From Dipteris shenzhenensis (lineage: Eukaryota), in assembly GCA_047967505.1 (NCBI GenBank), contig CM106538.1: DNA of 64,000 bases; one strand, given 5' to 3'. Shown piece after piece: positions 1-11,114 of the stretch (the first letter of the stretch is position 1; each line of letters begins with the position of its first letter). Position numbers and translations under genes: made by a program. The notes beneath the pieces were generated by a model. That model searched no databases, was not told the DNA's origin, and saw only the letters and a list, made by a program, of their open reading frames with translations.

Positions 1-2099
1 GCCACTAAAGATGTTGATGCAGCTTCGAGTGGTACATCAGAGAAATCTATTCCACGTTGGGCAAGGTTGACCATTCAAGATGCTAAGGATCAGCCTACTT
101 TGGGGAAAACCAGGGCCAGCACTCAGAATAATAAAAAAAAGGTCAATCTTGCTTTGATGCCCTCAGTGATGGAAGTTGAAAATGAGCCTCAGAGCTTCAA
201 GGATGCTCAGCATAATCCGGCATGGCAGAAAGCTATGGAAGTTGAGATTAAATCCATTGAGAAGAATGCCACATGGGACTTGGTTGATGCGCCCATTGGG
301 AAAAATGTGGTTGGCACGAAATGAATTTATAAGGTGAAATACCATCCAGATGGCACAGTTGAGAAATACAAAGCCCATTTGGTTGCCAAGGGATATGCAC
401 AGGACGAGGGGATAGATTATGAGGAGACTTTTGCTCCAGTGGCCAAGATGACCACCATTCGTTTTGTCATCTCTCTTGTTGCATTTTATGGTTGGTCAAT
501 GTACCAGATGGATGTCAAGACTGCTTTCCTCAATGGAGATCTTAAAGAGGAGGTCTATGTACATAAACCCCAAGGTTTTGAGGTGAAGGGACAAGAGCAC
601 AAGGTATGCAAGCTCAAGAAGGCTCTATATGGGCTGAAGCAAGCACCTCATGCATGGTATCAAAAGATACATTGGTTTTTGTTGTCCCAAGGCTTCGTCA
701 ACACTCATATAGAGCCAAATCTGTATGTTTTGCAGAAAAAATCAGAATTGGTCATGTTGGTACTATATGTGGATGACATCATACTCACTGGTAGTGATTT
801 GCAACAAATTACAGCAGTGCAGTCTGCTTTATGTCACAACTTTGACATGATAGATTTGGGCCTATTGCACTATTGTCTTGGCATTGAGTTTTGGTAGACC
901 CATGATGGGATTTCTATGTCACAGACAAAGTATTCGAAGGGGTTGTTGCAGAAATTTAAAATGGAAAACTGTAAGCCTGTGGCTACTCCATTGGAAAAGG
1001 GACTCAAACTGAGTACGCATGATACTGCTAAAAAGTTTGATGGCACTTTGTACAGGCAGTTGGTTGACAGTTTGATATATCTATGCTCCATGTGGCTTGA
1101 TATTGCCTATGCCACAGGGCTTTTAAGCCAGTTCATGCATTGTCCCACAATCACACATTGGAATGCAACAAAGAGGGTTCTCAGATGTGTCCATGGCACT
1201 CTCTCTTGGTTTGCATTATGCTTCAGATTGTGATCTAAATCTAAGTGGTTTCACCGACTCAAATTGGTCAGGGGACATTGACGACAGACGGTCCACTACT
1301 GGCTATTGCTTCTCATTGGGTTCAGCTTGTATCTCATGGCTCAATAAGAAGCAAGAGCGAGTCTCTCTTTCCTCCAGTGAAGCAGAGTACAAAGCTACAA
1401 ATTCAGCCACTACGGAGTTAATGTGGTTAAGGAAGCTTTTGCATGACTTGCATCATGCACAGGATGGGGAAGCAAACTCTATCTTTTGTGACAGCTAGAG
1501 TTGCATTGCCATAGCCAACAATCCTGTCTGTCATGCTCGCGTGAAACAGATTGAAAATCATTATCATTATGTACAGGATTGTATTTCTGATGGCTTCATT
1601 GATCTCATCTATTGTCCATCTGAGGACAATGTGGTGGATATCTTCACCAAAGCCTTGTTATCAACAGATCTTTTCTTACGACATCGACATGGCTTGGGGA
1701 TCAGGGACATTCTCACAATGTCAAGGGGGGTTGTGAAGTGATTCACAATGACATTGTTTTCGTGTACTCCCATAGGTTGCATATCCATCTGGATGAATTT
1801 GTGCAACCATGGTACTTTAGGTACTACAGGGTACACCTGAGATGTTTCCAGGGTACTTTCAGCCATATCTTTGAGGGGGAATTTGTAAGTGATTACAAAG
1901 ATATGGTGTTGTAGTAGGCATAAAGTCAACCCTATGGTTGACCAGTAGTACTTGGGTACTATATATACCAAGTACTTGTATTGTTTCATTTGAACATTTC
2001 TATTGGAGCTTTGTGTGTGCACTCTTGCTCACTTGTGTTCACAACCTGTCTCCACTTTGTTCCTACAACTCACACATTATGCATTGCATTCATCATACA
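1..2099 (+). mobile_element. Ty1/copia LTR retrotransposon, 3' part (RT, RNase H, PPT, 3' LTR), degenerate
   Basis: ORF pieces carry copia RT motifs ([42 protein letters not shown]) and RNase H motifs (GFTDSNWSGDIDDRRSTTGY, SSSEAEY, DIFTKAL), broken by stops and frameshifts. A purine tract gagggggaa at 1873-1881 precedes an LTR-like segment. Confidence 0.93.
1884..2099 (+). repeat. putative 3' LTR of the copia element
   Basis: Starts TGTA just after the PPT and ends TACA; contains a tatatata box. The partner LTR is outside the window. Confidence 0.6.
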
Positions 2100-2109
2100 A
2101 CTTTTAGGG

Positions 2110-4620
2110 TCATTAAAAAGACGGGTGTTTTAGAGTAGGTTATTGCATATGCTAGTTTATGCTAGTGGGGATATACCAGCCCCACTAGTAGCTTGGGATC
2201 ACATCTCCATGATGGTGGACTCTAAACTCTCTGCTGGACTCATCATTTGCCTGCTAGTCTAGCTTTGTCAATACCCCCAAAATTTTCCATTCTGGCTTGT
2301 CAAAGCTACGTCCTCAAAGTACACTGACTCTTCTATGGCCATGATGGTAGTAATAAGAGCATAATTGGTGGTTTCACTCTGAATTACTTTGCCTTTCTAA
2401 GAATATGTCAATCTAGCTAGTGGTCTACTTTCTCTAGTAGACCATCTGAGTTGTTGATTCTCTGGCAATTCTTGCTCTTCCTCATCAACCTTTTCTATAG
2501 GTGACCAAGTAATTGGTGTTACCATTTCCTGTGTATTTGATGTTTTCCATTCTAATTCTTCATAAAAATCACATCTCTATATATTATTACCTTGTAGTTG
2601 ATGGGATCATACAACTGGTATGCTTTGCTTTCTTCATTGAAGCCAACCATGATGCATGTATGTGACTTGACATCCAACTTTCGGTGATGATCGTCATGTA
2701 TTCCAACTTTTGGTGATGATCGTCATGTATGTGGACATATGCTATACAACCAAAGATGTGGAGATGCCCAATGAATGTCTTGTATCCAGTGAATGCCTCA
2801 TAAGGTTTCATACTCTGAATCGCTTCGGGCCGACTAAGTAAGGAGCTTGTAGTAGCAATTGCTTATGCCCAATATTGATTCAGGAGATGCTTCTTATCAC
2901 TAAGCATTGCTTTAGCAATTTATGCTAAAGTCCCATTCTTCCTTTTAGCTATTGCATTTTGAGGAGTATCTACACACGTGAATTGTCTTCAAATGCCATT
3001 ACTTTGGCAAAAATTCATGAATGCTAGCTTTGATCCCCCTACCTACTTGGTTCTCTACCATGGCTTTAAACTCATGAAATATAGAAAAGACTTTAGATTT
3101 CTTTCATACAGTAGACCCAACAATATCTGCTCTAGTCATCGATGAAAGTCAAGTAGTATAGTGAATCGTTGATGCTGTGGGTCTCTACATAACACCATAC
3201 ATCTATATGTATCAAATCAAGAATACCTTCTTCTCACAAAGTGCTTCTTCCATAGTTGGTTTTGTTTTGTTTACCTGAAGCAACATGCTTCACAAACTTT
3301 GCCAAGAATCTGAAGTTTCAAATTTCCAATTTCCATATTCTGATTTCTTATCTACATTAAGCTTTTAAAATTGACATGTCCATATCTCCTGTCCCATACT
3401 ACAAAAGTGGCATTGGTTGCTGTTGAGCTAACATGGCATGCAAATATGGCATTGAAGCTAGCATTCTGAACAAGCGTCCTTCCTTGAACTAAATTTCCCT
3501 CTAGATCTATCCTCTAGATTTATATTTGATTGTGTATTCATCTCCATCGGAGATGACTCAATTGTTCGTCATTTACCCAATTGATAAGAGGTTTTTGCTG
3601 AGCCTTGGGACATAGAGTACATCTGTTTAACACCATACATCTGCATGTATCAAATCAAGAATACCTCCTTCTCACAATGTGCTTCTTCCACAATTGGTTT
3701 TGTTTTGTTTACCTGAAGCAACACGCTTCACAAACTTTGCCAAGAATCTGAAGTTTCAAATTTCCAATTTCCATATTTTGATTTCTTAGTTATATTAAGC
3801 TTTTGAAATTGACATGTCCATATCTCCTATCCCATACTACAAAAGTGGCATTGGTTGCTGTTGAGTTGACATGGCATGCAAATATGGTACTGAAGCTAGC
3901 ATTTTGAACAAGCATCCTTCCTTGACTAAATTTCCCTCTAGATCTATCCTCTAGATTTATCTTTGATTGTGTATTCATCTCCATCGGAGATGACTCGATT
4001 GTTCGTATTTACCCAATTGACAAGAGGTTCTTGCTGAGCTTTGGGACATAGAGTACATCTTTCACCAATCCTTAAGTATTAATGAAATTGTTCATACAAA
4101 CATTGCCTTTCCCTTGAATTGGATTTGATGTTGGATTTGGTGTGTTAATAACTACCTTGTAGTACTTCTAACGATTTCATCTCCTTAAACCTTTGTCATG
4201 AGCAATGATGCACTACTATCGATGTACCAAGCATCTTGATCTACTTGATCAACTTGATAACTGCATTCCCCTTGGAATTACAATCAATGTCAATGTATGT
4301 TGTGTCAGTCTTCCACATATCCTCACTTGCAAGATACATGGTGTTAGGATCATTGGCATAATGATTGTGGCTTGAATGTCCGCCATGATGATTTTCTTTT
4401 CCAGGGAAATTCCCTCTATTGCTGCTAGATTGATCGCCTTGATCATACTACTTCTTGCAGGGCAGCAGCAATCTCTCTCATAGTTTCCAAACTTATGATT
4501 GCACTGAATGTTTAACACGTTGGTGGATGCATTCCATCATCCTTGAAATCTTCCTCTGTTGGAATGATTTCCTCTTGGATGATGCATCAACATGGGCGGT
4601 GTGGCCTTTACACATCAAGC
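2110..4620 (-). mobile_element. Ty1/copia relic (gag zinc knuckle, protease, GAG-pre-integrase, integrase), heavily decayed
   Basis: Minus-strand pieces PYEAFTGYK..HLHIFGCIAYVH (2587-2811), WDRRYGHVNFKSL (3790-3984) and a CNHKFGNYERDC knuckle remnant (~4470-4505). Confidence 0.85.
3190..4060. repeat. ~435-bp direct tandem duplication inside the copia relic
   Basis: 3190-3624 and 3628-4060 both start taacaccatacatc and end gacatagagtacatct, with high identity throughout. Confidence 0.92.
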
Positions 4621-5099
4621 AAATATGGTTAAAGTGCTAGCTCACACATTTATGACAACAAATGAGAAAATCCTATGTGGTTTAGGTGGAAAGACTATTG
4701 ATTTGCCCACCTGTGTTCGAATCCTCATGTCAGGGAGTAGTGCGCCTACCCATGATGTTGGATGGTCCCTTTTTTGCCATGAATGGTGATGCACCACATG
4801 GATGCCATGCACATCTTTAGCCCTTCCCAACTTTGGGTGGGCATTGGTGTGTAGTGTTAGAGCACCACACATCACAACCAAGACCATCGGATATTTTGGG
4901 GCAACAAATCAGGGCCATTGAGCTGGTAGCATGTGGTAGTTTTGTGATAGGTTATAAAAAGGCCTTCTCCTCGCATTCTTTGTAAAAACATCGTTTGAGC
5001 TCTTGTTTTTGTAGAGTCACGATTTTGAATTTTTGCGTTCTTCTTCTTTTGGTGAGTTTTCTAGTTTGCAGCTCTTTTGTCTATTAGTCAAGCTAGGTG

Positions 5100-5785
5100 A
5101 TGGGGCCCATCTCGGGAGCACGACCATGGTCTGCTTATGGATTAAAGATGACCCTACTTATAATAGAGAACCAGACGAATTTGTTATGAATTTTGTTGAC
5201 CAACACATATCCAATGACCTCACATTGCTTCCTAAATAATTACAAGCAGTACAATGCCACAACACACATGTACATGTAGGAAAAACGGAAAAGCAATATG
5301 TAGGTTCCACTTTTATTGCCGCCAATGGATAAAACAACTATCCTACAACCTCTAGAACAAAAACTCTTCCACAGTAACATGACCCTTACTAAAGTATATA
5401 ATTAACTAAATGATACAATTCCAAGTCCATTACAAAGTTGAGAGTAATTGTTAGCAAATTGCAACTTACTAAAGATGAATACATCTTATCTTTAAGGGCC
5501 AACTTAAAACGACCAACATTGTTTCTGAAAAGAAAACCATCTCATGATTGGAAAAACTCATTTCCCAAATTACTAGCACCATTATGGGCTAAAAATATTG
5601 ATGCTCAACTTATATTAGATCCACATGCAATAGCCACATGTTGTACATCATATCTTACAAAAATAGACAACACAATAACCAAAGCATTCCATGATATACT
5701 AAAAAAAGCAAATGATGAAAACAACGATGCAAGCTGCATTCTTAAACTTACAACAAATATTTGGAATTGCCTACACATATGAAAT
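5100..5785 (+). mobile_element. Helentron/Helitron2-type Rep (HUH-Y2) domain fragment, pseudogenised
   Basis: With frameshifts it reads EHDHGLL-WIKDDP (H-x-H at 5119-5127), FVDQHIS, TCRK.GKAICRFHF..PPMDKTTILQPL, EYILSLRANLKRPTLFLKR and W.KNIDAQLILDPHAIATCCTSYLTK. This motif order is typical of Helentron-type Rep proteins. Confidence 0.8.
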
Positions 5786-5799
5786 GCAATGACCAAATC

Positions 5800-7030
5800 C
5801 AAGAAGTGCAAATGCTTTTGGATCTTGAAAAAAGATTCGTTGCGCTGTGTGCGACATATACCAGTACAATTCGATCAATACTTTTTGAAGGGGAGCATTG
5901 TAAATGTTGCTAGTAATGTAGAAAATGTTCAAACTATGCTTCCACGACAATTGGATGATAGGTTGGAAACTTATATGAAATAACATGAACTCAACACAAC
6001 AAATTAAAAAATACCAAACTATGAGTGTAAAATATTTTGACATAAAATTTGGCCATATTTATTACATTTCCTTTTGTACCTTGGATTGGATATAAAAAAT
6101 GATATTTTTGTTCACCAAGCCCCCTTGAATAAAAGGGAGATTTTCCAAACATTGTCTCGCATGAAGTGAGCTTCATGAAGGATGACTATAATAATCCTTT
6201 TTGCCATGTGTGGTCTCGATGGTGATTCACATGTCATGGGGATTTTAAAGGAATACCGATGGAGCATCTACTCCAAGCTACTCCTTGTGAGAGCAATGCA
6301 AAGCACAAGCCATCTGCATGTGTCACTCAAGCGGCTCCCAAATTGTTGCAATGTATTTGAGGGCATGCTCAATAAATTTTTTTGATTTGTTAAAAACCAA
6401 AATGGATTGAAAATTTAGAATCCAAGCTAGTGGTACTATTGCATGGTGGTCTTAAAACATTGATAGTTATTGGTATTACAATAAAGAGCACACTGGAGTA
6501 CCAAATCACATATATAAGCAGTAATTTCCATCCAAACATAGTTGTGAAAGCACTAAAATAGCTCGTTAAAACATCATTATATAACCAAGAATGTGTGACG
6601 GTATCACGCCTTTGGCTTTGACACTTCCCACTCAAGACAAAAGCATAAAAAAACAATGACAACATACAGGATCAACTTATGGAGAATGAAACAACTCTAG
6701 AACAAGGAAATGAAAATGACAGTTCATTTACAGACACATTAGTCCATGGATACATAGATGCAAATGAAACTTTTGGTAGAACCTCAAACATCACAGCAAT
6801 TGCTCCTATTGAGAACCAAAAACCCTTAGGTATATACAAAAAGAAATACTGTGAGTGAGGAATTAAACTATCTAATATTATTCTTTGGCCAACCAAGATA
6901 TGAACACATGCTTGAAATCCTAAGCTACCAAAAAGTTGCGCAATGGGAGATAATGCATAAAGACCGATGCTTTGCAATGCACGTTCAAAATCTTTTCTTC
7001 AAAGCAACAAAAATACAAGCATACTTATTC
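5800..7030 (+). mobile_element. Helentron/Helitron2 N-terminal region (DUF6570-like and pre-Rep motifs), interrupted by a ~0.5-kb insert
   Basis: DLEKRFVAL and LKGSIVNVASNVENVQTMLPRQ (5820-5960), then after the insert IGITIKSTLEYQ..HPNIVVKAL, AIAPIENQKPLGIY, EELNYLILFFGQPR and YQKVAQWEIMHKDRCFAMHVQNLFFK (6465-7020). Confidence 0.72.
6040..6420 (-). pseudogene. degenerate fragment resembling a viral DNA-packaging terminase ATPase (Walker B to motif III)
   Basis: One minus frame reads SFKIPMTCESP..KRIIIVILHEAHFMRDNVWKISLLFKGAW*TKISFFISNP. Neighbouring frames give ETTHGK, NLPFIQGG..NKNIIF and GTKGN. Similarity judged by eye only. Confidence 0.4.
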
Positions 7031-8970
7031 TAAATCAAACTTGGGTCGATTTCAAAATTCTAAAGACAAATATTATCACCATTGGGTTTACTTCCTCTCC
7101 CACATCATATCACACATCACATATTTGGAATATTAAAAACCTCATGTTAATTTATTAAACCAAAATTACATGTTTTCATCAATATAATTGCTTCATGGAT
7201 ACTTCTAGACAATTGCAAATCGACCTTAGGTCAATGTCAAATCTCTACACACACATTATCATGATTATAATACACATTCCCATATAGTACTAACATGCCC
7301 ATTCTAAATGGACATTTAGTCCATTTCAAAACCCTAAAAACACATTCTCAATACAATTATCTTTGCTTACTCTCCACTTGATGTTACACATAACATATTT
7401 GAAGATTAGATCAACCATGGTTTAATTTCAAAATCTCTAAATACATGTTTTGATCAACATCATTGCATCACAAACACTCCTAAACATTTGTTCTTTGAAT
7501 TGCAAATTTACCTTGTGTCAATTTCAAATCTCTACAAATGTGTTATCATATGCATTCCCATATAGTACAAGCATGCCCATTGTGAATCGAATAGTGATGA
7601 TAATATATTTGTAGAGATTTGAAATTGACCTAAGATGAATTTTTTATTGAGAGAAGAGATGTCTAGGAGTGTTTGGTGTTGATGAATATACGTATTTTAG
7701 ATTCTAAAATTGAACCAAGTATGATTTACAATTGTAATATATATTGGGAATTCATTTGAGCCATGATGGTGACGAGATAATGTGTTTGTAGAGATTTGAA
7801 ATCAACCTAAGGTTAATTTGCAAGTGAAAGATGTGATGTCTTGGAGTGTTTATGAAGCAATGGTGTTTTTGAAGACATGTTTTTTAGATGAGAATATTTT
7901 TTAAGGTTTTGAAATCTACCCAAGGTCGATTTACAATGACTCATGCTTGTATTGTATGGAGATGTGTATGATGGTGTTGATATTGTGTTTGTAGAGATTC
8001 AAAATTGGCCTAAGTTCAATTTGAAGAGATGTCTAGCACACATCTAAGAGTATCTATCAAGTGATGGTTTTGATGAAAACATGTAATTTGGGCTTTGAAA
8101 TTGACCCAAGGTCAATTGACACTTCAAATATGTTTTTTGGTGTTGATGAAAATATGTATTTTGGGCTTTAAAATTGACCCAAGGTTGATTTTTACTTAAT
8201 ATATGTGATGTCTAATATGATGTGGGAGAGTAAGAAAAGCCAATGGTGATGAGAATGTGTTTTTAGACTTTTGAAATTGACCAAATGTTGATCTACAATG
8301 GGCATGCTTGTACGGTATAGGAATGTGGATGATGCTGATAATAATGTGTTTGTAGAGATTTGAAATCGAACTAAGTTTGATATGAAGAGATGTCTAAGAC
8401 CTATTTAAGAGTGTCTATGTAGTAATAGTGTTGATTAAAACATGTATTTTGGGTTCTAAAATCGACCCAAGGTCGATTTATACTTCAAATATGTGATGTG
8501 TGATATGTGTTTGAGAGTAAGTGAAACCAATGGTGATGAGAATGTGCTTTTAGAGTTTTGGAATCCCAAGGTCGTTTTACAATAGGCATGCTTGTATTGT
8601 ATAAGAATTTGTATGATGCTGTTGATAATGTATTTGTAGAGATGTAAAATCTTGATTTGAAGAGATGTCGGTTTTGAAATCAACTTAGGATCGATATACT
8701 TCAAATATGTGATTTGTGATGTGATGTGGGAGACTAAGTGAAGGGCAATGGTGATGAGATGTCAGAGTTTTGAAATCAACGCAAGGTCAATTTACAATGG
8801 GTTTGCTTGATTTTATGGGAATGTGCTTGATGCTGATGATAATATGTTTGTAGAGATTTGAAATGGACCGAAGTTCACTTTGAAGAGATGTGTAAGACAT
8901 GTCTAAGATTGTCTATCAAGTAACGATGTTTTCTATTTTGGGTTTTAAAACCAATACAAGGCTGATTTAT
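7030..8970. repeat. AT-rich higher-order minisatellite built on a palindromic 21-mer (AAATCGACCCAAGGTCGATTT consensus), orientation switch near 7590
   Basis: About 20 degenerate copies of the 21-mer every ~75-110 bp (e.g. 7218, 7799, 7912, 8171, 8459, 8773). Spacers recur as three types. 7030-7590 is the reverse complement of the pattern in 7593-8970. Confidence 0.88.
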
Positions 8971-8974
8971 ACTT

Positions 8975-10100
8975 GATGTGGATATGGCCCGACCATGATC
9001 ATTACACCACTTACTTCCAAGAGGATAGCTATTGGTTGTCACAGGGATATACCATCAACAAATCCAAGGGACTTGTAGTGTTATTAGGGATCAAGGGAGT
9101 CAGTGGCGAGGGAGCTACTACAATCATTGGAGTTGACTTCGTATTTTTATCTTCATGCCATGATGTGTGATTGCCACTTGTCAAAGTTGTTATTCTCACT
9201 CGCCAGTTCATTTGGCAATTGATGAGATAACACCATGTTTTGCGTAATATGACTTCTTCCTCACTCGCTCTAATGGGCATGATGAAAAACTTAATATCAG
9301 ATGCATGATTATTCATAGAAAATGTAATGGTAACATACCCATAACTTGCATCATTTGTCCACTTATAGATCTAATGGTAGTAGGTTGAGGGCTAAGGGGT
9401 ACCTCTAATAGTCATTCCCATACCTCTTGCATGAGGGAGTTGTGACTAGACCCTGGAGCCACCAATGCATGAGTCATAGTGCTCAATCGATTAGAGCCTT
9501 GGAGCTATCAACACATACTTGGCTGGATCTATAGTTGATTTATCAAAAATATTATAATCTTCAGGGGTAGCTTTATAAATGGTCATGATTTGGCTTGGGG
9601 AAAAGCTTGGAATTTCTAGCCTTAGCCTCCTCTTGGGCTTGTCTCTTTATGAGTGCAAGCTCCTTCTTATGTTCCTTGTCACGATGGATGGCTTGAAGGG
9701 TTTTTTGGATTAGGGGCATAGTAGCATTTAATCTTATTTCCATTGATATACCCATCCAATTTGACTCCATTGAGTCTCGCAATTTGGTATGTTTCTTCTG
9801 AAGTGATTTCCACAACCTACTATGGACCCATACCATGATACTTCAAAATTTGATTAGTATTCCTGCAAGGTCGCCTGTCCCTATTTTTAAGGTCGCAATT
9901 GAACCAATGTTTCTTTTGTAATTTCTCAACATTGATGCTCTACATGGTCCTTAGCCTAGTTTTTTCGAGCTTCTCAAGCTCTATAAGCCTTTCAGGATTG
10001 GCCCCCTTAGATAGTCTTTCTTTAATTGCCACCCATAGGATGGGTACTAAAAATTCCATGGGCATCACTACTTCTAACCCAAAACAAGACTAAGAGGAGT
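8975..10100 (-). mobile_element. Ty3/gypsy gag-protease relic
   Basis: Minus-strand pieces such as DIKFFIMPI..EEVILRKTWCYLINCQMNW (retropepsin C-terminal-like) with gag-like pieces upstream; many stops. Confidence 0.55.
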
Positions 10101-10742
10101 GAAGTTAGTAGAAACTTTACAAGTGGTATGATATGCCCATAAGGCAATCGTGACCTGGTGCTCACCATCATATGACAAACCTCTACCATGCACGTCATGG
10201 TGTTAGATAAGTTCTTATTCGAGTCTCGGCTTGACCATTTGCCCTAGGGTAATAGGGAGTTGATTTTTTAATGAACAATGAAGAACTCACTCATAAGGAT
10301 TTGTATGGTTTTGTTGACAAAGTTAGTCCTTGATCATGACTCCCTCCCCTCTTATGGTATTTTAACACTTTAAATTAGTACTGAATTTACTATTAAATTT
10401 ATTTAGTTTTGTATATATGAATTGTCCTTAATGGCTTACTTTAATAGGATCTTTAATTTTTTAAAGTCCCTCTCTATATACTCTTTATAACCATTTTTGA
10501 CAATTTGGTTTAAAGGTAATTAGTGTTTTAATGTATGAGTATACTTAAAACCATCTCCCCATCTACACTTTAATTAATCAAGAGAAATTATTCTAACCTA
10601 ATTTTATAATTGTATTCTAGTGGTTATATAAACCCCTAAGCCCTACTCATTTACACCTATTTAATGGTCTCGCTTTCTTTAGGAATTTTCTTCCTTTTTT
10701 AAAAGTAATTTTGCCTTTCGTTTTCCCTAATTTTTAATAGTC

Positions 10743-10745
<3 letters not shown>

Positions 10746-10799
<54 letters not shown>

Positions 10800-10826
10800 C
10801 ACACATGTACGCATGCACACATGCAT

Positions 10827-10857
<31 letters not shown>
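10746..10857. repeat. (CA)n microsatellite, two tracts
   Basis: Directly visible. Confidence 0.97.
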
Positions 10858-10858
<1 letters not shown>

Positions 10859-11114
10859 TTAATTCACTTTTAGACTCATTTATACACGCACATACACATA
10901 CCCCCTAACCCCTCTCCATACACTCATACAATTTAGTTTTTTCTATGCTTTTTCATTATTAATTTCTATTAAGCAGTATCAGAGCTTCGACCCCCTCATC
11001 ATTAGCTTACACATTTCCCCCATCTTTTTAATATTTCTGTTCTCCACTCTTTTAAATATATAATGTTTCACTTATGAACTTGGGTGCACCTATGAACCTT
11101 TTTTTATATATACC

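Noticed and set aside
7030-8970. CRISPR-like look (palindromic repeat plus spacer)
   Set aside because: Spacers recur as homologous types, repeats are degenerate, there are no cas genes and the context is eukaryotic.
10975-10985. PBS-like agtatcagagc
   Set aside because: Imperfect, with no matching LTR pair or downstream gag.
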